The notes under the pieces were generated by a model. That model did no database searches, had not been told where the DNA came from, and was given only the letters and a program-made list of their open reading frames with translations. From contig JAFZSF010000018.1 in assembly GCA_017619495.1 (NCBI GenBank), forward strand, positions 1 through 54,080: a stretch of 54,080 nt of DNA, given 5' to 3'. Source of the DNA: Clostridia bacterium. Lineage in GTDB: Bacteria; Bacillota; Clostridia; Christensenellales; UBA1242. Below, piece by piece: positions 20,389 through 30,283 of the stretch. Within the stretch, counting starts at the first letter, position 1; the number at the start of each line of letters is the position of its first letter. Both the position numbers and the translations under genes were made by a program.

Positions 20389-23300
20389 TTACAAATCCCA
20401 GCCGTAAATATTAGGTACATTGATAATCGAATTTTTATTCGGAAGTCCTGTGATCACACCGGGTTTAACGATATTTTTAACCCCTAAATCCTTTGGCGCA
20501 AATTCAAATAATTTATTGCCTTGTGCTTCATTTGCTGATTCTGTCACGGAAGAATTTTTAACCACATCGTTAGACTCGACAACCGAATCCACCTTTCCTA
20601 CTTCACTATCTTGCATCGAGGCACCTAATTTTTCAAGCTGTACCGTGGCGCGTTGACGATCAACAAAGGAACTATTTTCATCGGCCAAAATTTCGTGTGC
20701 AGATTTTGTTAATTTTAAGGCTTCAATTTCTTCTGCACTGTATCCGGTCGAATGGGCGAGATTTTGGCTAATAACTTCTGCGGCATGTGCGTGTTCAGTC
20801 AAATTACCTTCAATCATTTGATTATTTGTCAGATCGATGTCAACATTGGCAACCCTACCATAAGCTGTAATACGGCCGACATGCATTTGATGAGTGACCG
20901 GATTAATTTCATAATAGGTACCATCTTTATCAGTAAAGCAGTAACTACCATCGACACTGGTGCCACTATAATTACATTTATTCACCAGATCTTGGTAAAC
21001 GGTGGCAGCGTAACTGCCGTCATTATTCCATGTGGGAATTTCAGTACTACCACTAAGCGCAGTTACATCGTCGACTGCGGAACTATTGTCAGTATCTACA
21101 GGCGAAGTATCCGATGATTTGAAACGATTATTATCAACGCGTGATGTATCAACGGGTTCAGCTGGCTCCATGGACTCGTTCTCTATAGACTCGTTAGTGA
21201 TAATTGCTTCTTTAACACCATTTTCAAAACGGTCACCACTAACACTACTCAACTTTACGGTTTCATTTTCATTGGTTGTAATATTGTCACCTAATTCGAC
21301 CTCATCGTCTAACACTGTCACCGCGTGCGCACCAATTCGTCCATTATCAACCCTTGATGTTGCAACTGGTTCGGACTGTCTAGGTTGTTCTTCAACAGCA
21401 GGGGCATCGGTCGGAACATCATTATCAATTACTGGTTCAGCCGTATGTCCATTTAAACGATCATTCCCAACATCTGAAACCGCAACTGGGTCAATCTTCG
21501 GTTCAGTTTTAACGGTTTCGGTAATTTGGTCATCAAAACGATCATTACCAACATGCGACATCGAAACAGGGTTTTGATGAACCACGCTCTGTTCATTACC
21601 CCCAAGAGTAATATTAAGCCCACCTTCCTTGTTGATAATTTCGTCGGATTTAATCAAATTATCAACATCATGGTTATTTGCAAAACCATTTTCCAGATGA
21701 TTCATGGTTTCACTAAAGCCATTATTCTCAATTTCACCAGAACGCTCAAATTGAACCGTGCTATAAAGTTTACGCAAAAGGCCATAAGGATCTTTAACAC
21801 CAAGTTTTTCCATGGTTTCAATCATGGCTTTTTCCTGTTGCTCGTTATACAGAAGTTCCCTCTTACCATTGAAAAATTGTTTATTATTAGCTGAATACGC
21901 AGTCAAGCGCGCATTATCAGTTAATTCAACTTTGCCGAGGTTATCAAGGCGATTTAAGTTTTCTTCAGTTAAATGTTGATCATGCAAGTATTTTTGATAC
22001 GCTTCTAATTGTTCACGCTTATACTGTTCATAACCAGTTTCTTGTGGAAGATCCTCATTAGCATCAGCCTGCATTGGTGATAGTTTAGTTACATCGTGAC
22101 CGAGGTTTTCAAGTGATTCAGTCGTTTTATGTCCAAAGCTACCAACCAGTTTACCAAGTTTGGTTGCAGAAAGGTCTTCTTTCATTTGAGCAGTATCAAC
22201 ATGCATGTTTATGCCATCTTGATGATTAAATGAAATATTACGACCAACAGCTGAGCCGAAGTCACTACCGATTTGGCCACCAAGATAAACTGCAGCGCCT
22301 TTGGCAGCACCATAGGCAACAGCCTTGGCAACATCAGCACCTTTTACATTATGTACAATGTTTTTAACGCGATCGACGAAATGCTCCAAGTGAGCGCGAA
22401 TGCCCTTGGGTTGCTCTGCGGTTTGTGTTTCGGCTTGTGCAACGGCGTCGCGTTGTAAATTGACACGGCGTTCTAAATCATGGAAAGTAGCCTTAACCAT
22501 CATTAAGCCAGCACCAACCGCACGCCACTTAGGACCGAGTGCCATTGCCATAGCATATGGCACTGCCTTCCCCATCATGGCAATACCAGCTTTCAAAGCA
22601 ATTTTAGCTGCATCACTCTTTTTTAATTTTTCGCCATGCTCTTGGGCTTCAAGTTTAGCCTTACGCAAATTGGACAGACCTGCGACAACACCAGCACCAA
22701 CTATGGTGGTTATACCTAAAACTGGACCGACGATTGAACCGACCCCCGGAATGGCAGTAATCGTCGAAATTGCTGTCGCGCCACCCAAGGTAATACCAAA
22801 GGTTTTTACGACATCGAAGACGGGATTAAATTTAACTTGTGGACGGTTACCGCGGTTAGGTTCGGAAACCAAATCATCACTAACTTCATTTTGTGCATCA
22901 TTCACTGCTTGTGTAGCATTCGCTTCGGATTGTGTTGTCACAATATTTTCGGTTGGTTCATGATTCGCTTGGGTAGATGTAGTAGATACTGCTTGGGTTG
23001 TACCTAATTGCGCTGCGTGTTCTTCAAATTGTTGGGCGCGTTCTTCCACTGGAAATTTCAAAACAACCTGTTGGTACTTTTCTTTTGTCCAACCTTGGCG
23101 TTTAGCGAAAGCAAATAAAATTTTATTAATGGTTAGCCCTGCGCCTTCCAGCATAGCGTTACGCGCCTGTGAGTTTTCAGCACCCATGGTAATGGCGTCC
23201 AAGTTATTGGTAAAGAAAGCTGCACGATCTTCATCACACAAAACGCCATAAATTTTTTTAATTTTATCTGTATAACTAAGATTGCGGTCATGTACAATCG

Positions 23301-23880
23301 CGACCAATTTGTCAAAAGCATTTTCGTCGGCGTGACTAACAAAATCATCGTCAAATTCATTTTGCTTGGTCATCAGTTGTTGGTCGATGCGATTAACAAT
23401 TGTACCGTGTTCAAGTAAATTACCATGTCCAAGAGCCGTAGCGGTACGCTTAATACTATTAAGATTCATAACCACATCAAAACTAGGATGTGAATTGATA
23501 TATGCTAGCATGGATTCATTAACCAGCCAGTTTTCAAATTGTGTTTTTAGAAGATTATCCTCTGATGTACGACCAAAGCGTTTATAAGCGTCACTTTCTA
23601 ATAAATCAGCAACAATATCAAAAGTAATCAAAGACGGGTCACTATTAAAATAATTCAACATGGCACGAACAAAGTTTTCATCGGAAAGATTTTGTTCATC
23701 GGACAACATAACAGTGTGTGTTATATTTAACAAGGTTACCGGATCTTCGGGCACCTCTTTATCAGGTACAAAGTACCGATACAAAAATTTACCAGCATTA
23801 ATCGAACGCAACATATTCGCCGGAGTGTTAGTAAAATACTTCTTCGCAAATTTTTGAATTAGTGTTTCTCGTTCCGCCAT
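20389..23880 (-). CDS. Large hypothetical protein with Gly/Ala-rich hydrophobic segments and acidic repeats
   Basis: 1163-aa ORF with its own promoter and terminator; no signal peptide; no family recognised. Confidence 0.85.
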   Translation of the reverse strand: MAERETLIQKFAKKYFTNTPANMLRSINAGKFLYRYFVPDKEVPEDPVTLLNITHTVMLSDEQNLSDENFVRAMLNYFNSDPSLITFDIVADLLESDAYKRFGRTSEDNLLKTQFENWLVNESMLAYINSHPSFDVVMNLNSIKRTATALGHGNLLEHGTIVNRIDQQLMTKQNEFDDDFVSHADENAFDKLVAIVHDRNLSYTDKIKKIYGVLCDEDRAAFFTNNLDAITMGAENSQARNAMLEGAGLTINKILFAFAKRQGWTKEKYQQVVLKFPVEERAQQFEEHAAQLGTTQAVSTTSTQANHEPTENIVTTQSEANATQAVNDAQNEVSDDLVSEPNRGNRPQVKFNPVFDVVKTFGITLGGATAISTITAIPGVGSIVGPVLGITTIVGAGVVAGLSNLRKAKLEAQEHGEKLKKSDAAKIALKAGIAMMGKAVPYAMAMALGPKWRAVGAGLMMVKATFHDLERRVNLQRDAVAQAETQTAEQPKGIRAHLEHFVDRVKNIVHNVKGADVAKAVAYGAAKGAAVYLGGQIGSDFGSAVGRNISFNHQDGINMHVDTAQMKEDLSATKLGKLVGSFGHKTTESLENLGHDVTKLSPMQADANEDLPQETGYEQYKREQLEAYQKYLHDQHLTEENLNRLDNLGKVELTDNARLTAYSANNKQFFNGKRELLYNEQQEKAMIETMEKLGVKDPYGLLRKLYSTVQFERSGEIENNGFSETMNHLENGFANNHDVDNLIKSDEIINKEGGLNITLGGNEQSVVHQNPVSMSHVGNDRFDDQITETVKTEPKIDPVAVSDVGNDRLNGHTAEPVIDNDVPTDAPAVEEQPRQSEPVATSRVDNGRIGAHAVTVLDDEVELGDNITTNENETVKLSSVSGDRFENGVKEAIITNESIENESMEPAEPVDTSRVDNNRFKSSDTSPVDTDNSSAVDDVTALSGSTEIPTWNNDGSYAATVYQDLVNKCNYSGTSVDGSYCFTDKDGTYYEINPVTHQMHVGRITAYGRVANVDIDLTNNQMIEGNLTEHAHAAEVISQNLAHSTGYSAEEIEALKLTKSAHEILADENSSFVDRQRATVQLEKLGASMQDSEVGKVDSVVESNDVVKNSSVTESANEAQGNKLFEFAPKDLGVKNIVKPGVITGLPNKNSIINVPNIYGWDL
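21122..21573 (-). repeat. Five degenerate peptide repeats PVxxSxVxN(D/G/N)R(F/L/I)
   Basis: NPVSMSHVGNDRF, DPVAVSDVGNDRL, EPVATSRVDNGRI, TVKLSSVSGDRF, EPVDTSRVDNNRF. Confidence 0.75.
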
Positions 23881-23886
23881 AAGATA

Positions 23887-23915
23887 AGCTTATCACAAGC
23901 TACAACGGAACGCAA
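23887..23915 (-). promoter_or_regulatory. Sigma-A promoter of the 1163-aa gene; leaderless
   Basis: TTGCGT-17-TAAGCT with extended TG, 6 nt to ATG. Confidence 0.75.
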
Positions 23916-23918
23916 TAT

Positions 23919-23946
23919 AAATCGCCAAAACGAATTGGCGATTTTT
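23919..23946. terminator. Hairpin/terminator downstream of tRNA-Phe
   Basis: AAATCGCCAA-n6-TTGGCGATTT. Confidence 0.7.
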
Positions 23947-23968
23947 TGTAAGGTATTATTTTTTTATT

Positions 23969-24044
23969 TGGTGCCTTCGCGCGGAATCGAACCACGGACA
24001 CAGAGATTTTCAGTCTCTTGCTCTACCGACTGAGCTACGAAGGC
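23969..24044 (-). tRNA. tRNA-Phe(GAA)
   Basis: Cloverleaf GCCTTCG...AGAGA-CTGAAAA-TCTCT...TTCGATT...CGAAGGC-ACCA, 76 nt. Confidence 0.97.
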
Positions 24045-24055
24045 TTAACTTGATT

Positions 24056-24084
24056 AGCATAACACATGCCACTGAAAATTGCAA
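24056..24084 (-). promoter_or_regulatory. Sigma-A promoter of tRNA-Phe
   Basis: TTGCAA-17-TATGCT with extended TG. Confidence 0.7.
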
Positions 24085-24101
24085 ATAAGAATTTTTATTA
24101 C

Positions 24102-24611
24102 TTAAAAGATGCGACAAACCCACGACGCCAAAACCGCAGAAAAAAAGGTACAAAACAAGGCAATGGGAATGGCTAAACCTAGTTTTTTAACATTGGTTTT
24201 AGAAAAATAAATCGTCGCAATGTAAAAAACTGTATCACTGCTGCCAGCAATAATACTAGCCACACGGGAAATATAACTGTCAGGTCCGTACAGAACAATG
24301 ATTTCATTATACAATGCAATCGACCCCGCCCCGCTAAAAGGTTTCAGGAAAACAAAATGTGCCAACTCACGCGGAATTCCAAGGAATTCAAACACTGGTG
24401 CCACAAAATTACAGACAATCATTAACAGTCCCGAGGCTTCAAACAATTTAACCGCCACTAAAATCGCGACGATGTATGGTAAGATATCCCAAATTAAAGC
24501 GATGGCGTCCTTAGCACCTTTCACAAACGCCCCATAAGTATCGGTTCCCTTAAATCCAGCGTATACAAAAATAAAAATGATAAAGAGCGGAATAATGTAT
24601 AACGCCATCAA
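24102..24611 (-). CDS. spmB: Spore maturation protein B
   Basis: FVKGAKD, KPFSGAGS, YGPDSYI, GSSDTVFY; follows spmA. Confidence 0.92.
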   Translation of the reverse strand: MMALYIIPLFIIFIFVYAGFKGTDTYGAFVKGAKDAIALIWDILPYIVAILVAVKLFEASGLLMIVCNFVAPVFEFLGIPRELAHFVFLKPFSGAGSIALYNEIIVLYGPDSYISRVASIIAGSSDTVFYIATIYFSKTNVKKLGLAIPIALFCTFFSAVLASWVCRIF

Positions 24612-25180
24612 TAATCGTCCTTCTTGCGCTCACGACAAAATATTTTTACCAAGACTACACCTAAAACTGTAGCACATAATGACACGATAAAAGTTGGTAA
24701 AATAATACGCGCGGGGTCTGCGCTACCATTGGCTTGTAAAATACCAATAATCGTCGTCGGGATTAACTGCAATGAAGTAGCCGCCAAAATAAACAACATA
24801 ATCATAGGTGGCGACGCTTTGGTTTGTTCGGGCTTAGCCATGTGTTCAATCGCCGCGATGGCCGCAGGTGTGGCTGCCCCCGAAGCACCAATCATATTAG
24901 CAGCAATATTAGTAGCAACATGCCCATTAACAGTGTCCGTCTGTTTACCAAACAAAAATTCAATTGGCTTTTTTAATAATTTAGCAATTTTATCAATTAG
25001 TCCCGCCCGCGTCGCAATTTCGGCCACCGCCATCCAAAAAATATAAATCCCCGCCAACGTAACTGCCAACAATAAGGACTCTTGCACCGCATTCAATGAA
25101 GTTGCCAAGATAGCGTCCGGCCTTGAAAACAAAAGCCAAACACAAGATGCAATCATCATTACTAAAAAAATGAGTGCCAT
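24608..25180 (-). CDS. spmA: Spore maturation protein A
   Basis: NIAANMIG.SGAATP and TSLQLIPTTII motifs. Confidence 0.92.
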   Translation of the reverse strand: MALIFLVMMIASCVWLLFSRPDAILATSLNAVQESLLLAVTLAGIYIFWMAVAEIATRAGLIDKIAKLLKKPIEFLFGKQTDTVNGHVATNIAANMIGASGAATPAAIAAIEHMAKPEQTKASPPMIMLFILAATSLQLIPTTIIGILQANGSADPARIILPTFIVSLCATVLGVVLVKIFCRERKKDDY

Positions 25181-25212
25181 TTTCCATGATTATGCTTTAT
25201 AATAATTGAGTT

Positions 25213-25878
25213 ATGAAATTTTATGCGATTGAAGGAACCGATGGTTCTGGTAAAAAAACCCAAATCAAAAAGTTGTATGACTATCTAAAAACTAAGGGAG
25301 CCGATGTACACATTGTGTCTTTCCCCGATTACGATAGTCCCAGTTCGGCGCCAGTTAAAATGTACCTTTCGGGTGAATTCGGCGATGACCCAAATGTTTT
25401 GGACGCCTATCAAGCCAGTACACTGTTTGCGACTGACCGTATTTGCAAAATGACTAAATTATTACCAAGTCTTAAACCAGATGCGATTATTTTATTCGAC
25501 CGCTATGTGCAATCGAACATGTTACACCAAGCTGGTAAAATTCAAGGTCATAAAGAACGCGAAAATTTTGTGCGTTGGCTCGATGATTTTGAATTCAATG
25601 TCTTGAAATTACCACGCACCGACAAAGTTATTTTCTTAGACTTACCTACTGACAAAGCGATGGAATTAATTAGTAAGCGTGAACAATTAAAAATTGGCGA
25701 CGAATTCACCAAAGATATCCACGAAGCAAACTACAACCACTTATCAAACGCTTACAATGCAGGCTTGGAAGCTTGTGAAATGTTTGGCTGGTCAAAGGTT
25801 CAATGCGTCAATGACTTCGGAGAAATTTTAACCCCAGACGAAATTCACGAAAAAATTAAAGCCGTTTTGGAGATTTAA
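25213..25878 (+). CDS. tmk: Thymidylate kinase
   Basis: IEGTDGSGKKTQ, SFPDY, DRYVQSN, DIHE. Confidence 0.92.
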   Translation: MKFYAIEGTDGSGKKTQIKKLYDYLKTKGADVHIVSFPDYDSPSSAPVKMYLSGEFGDDPNVLDAYQASTLFATDRICKMTKLLPSLKPDAIILFDRYVQSNMLHQAGKIQGHKERENFVRWLDDFEFNVLKLPRTDKVIFLDLPTDKAMELISKREQLKIGDEFTKDIHEANYNHLSNAYNAGLEACEMFGWSKVQCVNDFGEILTPDEIHEKIKAVLEI

Positions 25879-26534
25879 TGAATTATTTAATTGTAACCAC
25901 GGATCCCATAAGTGCAGAACATGACGCTTTGGAGTATGCTAAATCCTATAATTCCAGCGATGTCTTCTGGGTAAAAAAGAGTCCTGATAAAAAAGAAATT
26001 ACCGTTGATGTCATTAATGACATGATTAATCAATTTAACTTATCGGCAGTATCAGATAAAAAACTGTTCATTGTATTTCAAGCCGAATTGATGAACACCA
26101 ACGCACAAAACAAATTACTGAAAACGATTGAGGAAGCCAGTAACACCACCGTTTTGTTCTTATGCCAAAACCTAGAACGCATTTTACCCACCATACGCAG
26201 CCGTTGCATAATTCAATATCACCAATCCACCGAAAACCAAACCTTAAAACAGTTAGCAGCTAACAATCCGGACTACCCTGCAATTAAACAAGCCGCCCAA
26301 CAATTCATGACTGCCAGCAGTATTGATACGGCGATGACCTGCTTGCCAATATTAAGCAAACCCGAGAATTTAACTCTGGCGCTGAATGAATTAAGTCGCG
26401 CTCTGTCCGCAGCTAATTTTGAACCCACTAAGAAATTATCCATCTATCAAGCCTTAGCTAAAATTTCACGCAACATTGACGCCAATTGTAACGCTACTAA
26501 CGCATTTGATTTATTGTTACTAGCGCGCTTTTAA
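25878..26534 (+). CDS. holB: DNA polymerase III delta' subunit, truncated/divergent
   Basis: MNTNAQNKLLKTIEE and LPTIRSRC; follows tmk; lacks P-loop and Zn cysteines. Confidence 0.82.
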   Translation: MNYLIVTTDPISAEHDALEYAKSYNSSDVFWVKKSPDKKEITVDVINDMINQFNLSAVSDKKLFIVFQAELMNTNAQNKLLKTIEEASNTTVLFLCQNLERILPTIRSRCIIQYHQSTENQTLKQLAANNPDYPAIKQAAQQFMTASSIDTAMTCLPILSKPENLTLALNELSRALSAANFEPTKKLSIYQALAKISRNIDANCNATNAFDLLLLARF

Positions 26535-26887
26535 TAGAAACAATTTTCTAAAAATTCTAAATTACCATCAGTAATTTCAATCACATCAAACGACACCATG
26601 CAATCGTGCATTAAGTGATGTTGTAAAAGATAGTTTTGTGCGGCATGACGAATATGGCGCTGCTTATTAGCGTTAACCGCATACCGCCCTAAAATTAAAT
26701 CATGTGTACGGTTCTTTACTTCAATAAAGTGCAACACACCGTCGCGTTCAGCAATAATATCAATTTCACCGAAGCGACAGCGGTAATTACGCTTAATTAT
26801 TTTCATCTGCTGTTTACGACAAAAGCGGCTGGCTTGGTCTTCCCCGTACTGACCGAATGCTTGATTTAAGGTTTGGTGATTACTCAT
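26531..26887 (-). CDS. YraN family (UPF0102) endonuclease-like protein
   Basis: GQYGE, RNYRCRFGEIDII, FIEVK, FDVI. Confidence 0.92.
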   Translation of the reverse strand: MSNHQTLNQAFGQYGEDQASRFCRKQQMKIIKRNYRCRFGEIDIIAERDGVLHFIEVKNRTHDLILGRYAVNANKQRHIRHAAQNYLLQHHLMHDCMVSFDVIEITDGNLEFLENCFY

Positions 26888-27720
26888 AACAAATTATCCA
26901 AATTAAATTTACCGATTTTGCCTTCACGGAATTCAGACAAAATCATTTTAGCAGCACGACGCGTATCTAACACGCCACCACGCAAAATACAACCACGCTT
27001 TTTGGCAATTTCGGCAAAGCTGGTCACACCGAAACGGGCTTGTACCGCTGCGGGTTGTAGTTTGGTTAAATCTTCCAGTAACGCTTGACTTAACGCAACC
27101 GTGTCCAAAATCTCATCATTAATTGAGCCCACATAGGCTAAATTACGCGCCACTTGTTGATTAGTAAATGCTGGCCACAAAGTTCCCGGTGTATCCAGCA
27201 ACCACAAATTATCCGTAATTGGCACCCATTGTTTAGTACGTGTAACACCAGGGCGATTACCGGTTTGCGTCTTACCCTTATTGGTCATGTTGTTAATAAA
27301 AGTCGATTTACCGCAATTTGTCACACCGATTACTGCCACCCGCAAAGTCTTAACAATTCCGTGTGACATCTTAGCTTGAATGCGTTCAGCCAATAGTTTT
27401 TGCAAAGCTTTAACCACAGCTTCCGTACCGCCGCTTTTTACCGAATTACGCGTAATCACCATATAAGGTGTCTTGATTTGCAAGGATTGAATAAATTGTT
27501 CCTTAACGCCACTTGACGCTAAATCAATTTTATTTAACACAAACAGAACTGGTTTGCGTCCAATAAAGTCATCGAACTGCGGATTAATACAAGATTGCGG
27601 ACATCGTGCATCAACCACATACACAATGGCATCGCAAATTTTCAATTCGCCATCAATCATTTTCAGCGTCTGCGCCATATGCCCAGGAAACCAGTTAATG
27701 TTAATTTTATTTTCGTTCAT
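26884..27720 (-). CDS. rbgA: Ribosome biogenesis GTPase RbgA/YlqF
   Basis: INWFPGHM, DARCP, NKID, GVTNCGKS, LLDTPG. Confidence 0.96.
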   Translation of the reverse strand: MNENKININWFPGHMAQTLKMIDGELKICDAIVYVVDARCPQSCINPQFDDFIGRKPVLFVLNKIDLASSGVKEQFIQSLQIKTPYMVITRNSVKSGGTEAVVKALQKLLAERIQAKMSHGIVKTLRVAVIGVTNCGKSTFINNMTNKGKTQTGNRPGVTRTKQWVPITDNLWLLDTPGTLWPAFTNQQVARNLAYVGSINDEILDTVALSQALLEDLTKLQPAAVQARFGVTSFAEIAKKRGCILRGGVLDTRRAAKMILSEFREGKIGKFNLDNLL

Positions 27721-27725
27721 TTAAT

Positions 27726-28502
27726 TTACTCGCCTTTAATATATTTAAAATAATCTTCTGTATTATTTGTCGCAATAATTGAAGTAGGTTTAGAATATTG
27801 AATATCCTCTCCATCAATTGTTTTTATACAACCACCAGCTTCTTGGATAATCAAACTTGCTGCTGCATAATCCCATGGCATTAATTTTAATTCAAAAAAA
27901 AGCTCAGCCCTACCACATGCAATATTACACAACTCAATAACACTACTTCCAAACCTTCTAAAATCACTAGCAACCAAAGCAAATTTTCTCTGTATATCTA
28001 AGGACCGTTTTCTTAAATTATCGTAATAAGGCGCACATCCACAGAACACAATTCCGTTTTTTAATTTTTTATCTGAAACATAAATTCGTTTACCGTTCAA
28101 GAAAGCTCCTTTACCTTTTTCTGCTTCAAATAGTTCTTTTGTGTATGGATTATAGCAGATACCAACAATTGGGGTTTCTTCTTTCAGAAGTGCTACCGAA
28201 ATTGCGCTCAATTTTAAATTACGAGAAAAATTAGTTGTTCCATCAATCGGGTCAACGATAAACCTATACTCACTATCTGAATAATTAATTGTGTTACCTT
28301 CTTCACCAGTAAATATAGCGCTAGGAATTAGTTCAAGTAGTGATTGCTTTAATTTTTTCTGAACTAAAATATCATAATTGGTTGCAATGTTATTATTTCC
28401 AGCTTTATTTTTGATTTCCAAATCATCATAATTTGCATTCAAAACTAGATTACCTACTTCAATAACTGCTTCTTTAATTTTTCTAATTATATTTTTTTCC
28501 AT
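27726..28502 (-). CDS. Inositol monophosphatase family protein
   Basis: GEE, IVDPIDGTTNF, PWDYAAA motifs. Confidence 0.93.
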   Translation of the reverse strand: MEKNIIRKIKEAVIEVGNLVLNANYDDLEIKNKAGNNNIATNYDILVQKKLKQSLLELIPSAIFTGEEGNTINYSDSEYRFIVDPIDGTTNFSRNLKLSAISVALLKEETPIVGICYNPYTKELFEAEKGKGAFLNGKRIYVSDKKLKNGIVFCGCAPYYDNLRKRSLDIQRKFALVASDFRRFGSSVIELCNIACGRAELFFELKLMPWDYAAASLIIQEAGGCIKTIDGEDIQYSKPTSIIATNNTEDYFKYIKGE

Positions 28503-28515
28503 AACCACCTTCAGT

Positions 28516-29082
28516 TTACAACACCTTTAATATTTCATCAAACTTTGTATAACCACTTTCAGCATTAATATGTCCACCACTTTTGATTACATATTGTTGA
28601 TTAGCAATCGTATCAGCAAATTTTTTCTCAGCAGTATAACTAACATATGGGTCATTATCTGAATAATAACATATAATATCTCTACTGTATTTATTTACAT
28701 CAGCCAAATTATTAATGAACATGGGTTTATTCACGGCATCATATTCCGGACTAATCCCTAAGTAATTATTAAATCCACACACAAAGACAAGTCGCTTTGC
28801 TTTTATTTGATTTGTAATTAAATATTTACAAACAAAAACAGGTGCAATACTATGCGCTACAAAAATGGTGTTTTCATTAATCTTTAATTGTTTTAACACC
28901 TGCGACCAGTTTTCAAATGTTTGATTACCAACACCAACTGGCATCTGTGGTACTATAACATCATATCCGCGTTTTTCCAATTCAGTTTTCAACCACAGAA
29001 ACCAGTTGCCATCTGGTGAACCAAAACTACCGTGTAGAATAATATAATTAGTTTCAATTTTATCAACCATATTTTGCTTCAT
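28516..29082 (-). CDS. RBBP9/YdeN family alpha/beta hydrolase
   Basis: ILHG, NWF.WL, VAHS, SDNDPYV, GGHIN. Confidence 0.9.
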   Translation of the reverse strand: MKQNMVDKIETNYIILHGSFGSPDGNWFLWLKTELEKRGYDVIVPQMPVGVGNQTFENWSQVLKQLKINENTIFVAHSIAPVFVCKYLITNQIKAKRLVFVCGFNNYLGISPEYDAVNKPMFINNLADVNKYSRDIICYYSDNDPYVSYTAEKKFADTIANQQYVIKSGGHINAESGYTKFDEILKVL

Positions 29083-29088
29083 GGTTTT

Positions 29089-29117
29089 ATTTTACAATAT
29101 GATCAAAATTTCTTCAA
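29089..29117 (-). promoter_or_regulatory. Sigma-A promoter of the YdeN-like gene; leaderless
   Basis: TTGAAG-17-TAAAAT, 6 nt to ATG. Confidence 0.7.
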
Positions 29118-29130
29118 ACTATTATAGACC

Positions 29131-30243
29131 TCAATCACTAACATCAACATCTAATGTAATTTCGATTTTATAAGCTGGGAATTGGTTTTGAACCTTGTCG
29201 TAAATCGCACGATAGACAGCTTCGCGATCTTTTAAATTAAAATCTAAAATGATGTCGAAGCTAATTGTCTTTGAACTTTCATCTAAATAGAACCCGTGCA
29301 TTTGTAATACACCAGCATGTGCAAAGACTATTTTGGTAATTTGTTTTTTAGTTTCAATTACCGACTGATCTTGTGTATTAATGGAATATACACCAATCGT
29401 ATGTAAAAACACACCATACTTTTCCGCAATGTTTTTTGTAATTTGACGCGACAATTTATCGATTTCAGCGACAGTAAGCATATCTGCCACTTCAATATGC
29501 ACTGACCCTAAATACTTATCCGGACCATAGTCATTTAAGACTAAATCATAGGCACCTTGTATAGACTTTTCTTTAATAATCTCCTTTTTAATTGCACGCG
29601 CTAAATGACTTTCCACTCGCACACCAATGAGATTATTGACCGCAGTCTTAATCAACTCAACCCCAGTTTTAATAATGAAGCATGATAAAATCAGGCCAAC
29701 ATAGGCTTCCAAACTAACTTTGAACACTAAATAAATTACCGCCGAAGCCAAAACCGAAATTGAAAGTATGGCATCGTTAAACGCATCTGAACCACTGGCG
29801 ACTAATGAATCTGATTTGACCTTTTTCCCTTTATACTTAACATAAATTCCCAAGATAAACTTAATCACAATTGCCACAATTAAAATCACTAAGGTGATTA
29901 CCGAATAATCCGCCGCTTCTGGGTGAATCATTTTTTTAATAGATTCAACCAGTGCGGTAATACCAGCATACAATACCAAACCCGCAACGATAAATGTCGT
30001 CACATATTCAACTCGACCATGTCCATACGGGTGTTTTTTGTCGGGTGCCTTACCCGCCAGTTTTGTTCCAATAATTGTAATAATACTCGACAATGCATCA
30101 GTAAAATTGTTAACCGCATCAGATATAACTGCAATTGAATGCGCTAATAAACCAACCAAGGCCTTGAATCCAGCCAGCACAAAGTTAGCTAAAATACTAA
30201 TTGCGCTGGTTTTAACAATAATTTTTTCGCGTTGATCTTTCAC
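29131..30243 (-). CDS. Cation diffusion facilitator family transporter
   Basis: SDAVNNFTD, HPYGHGRVEY, six TM segments, duplicated C-terminal domain. Confidence 0.93.
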   Translation of the reverse strand: MKDQREKIIVKTSAISILANFVLAGFKALVGLLAHSIAVISDAVNNFTDALSSIITIIGTKLAGKAPDKKHPYGHGRVEYVTTFIVAGLVLYAGITALVESIKKMIHPEAADYSVITLVILIVAIVIKFILGIYVKYKGKKVKSDSLVASGSDAFNDAILSISVLASAVIYLVFKVSLEAYVGLILSCFIIKTGVELIKTAVNNLIGVRVESHLARAIKKEIIKEKSIQGAYDLVLNDYGPDKYLGSVHIEVADMLTVAEIDKLSRQITKNIAEKYGVFLHTIGVYSINTQDQSVIETKKQITKIVFAHAGVLQMHGFYLDESSKTISFDIILDFNLKDREAVYRAIYDKVQNQFPAYKIEITLDVDVSD

Positions 30244-30283
30244 AAATAAATACCTCGTTCAAAACAATTTAATTCATCATCGT

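Noticed and set aside
20389-24044. Genomic island integrated at tRNA-Phe
   Set aside because: No duplicated tRNA 3' end and no integrase were found; the orphan gene has host-like promoter and codon style
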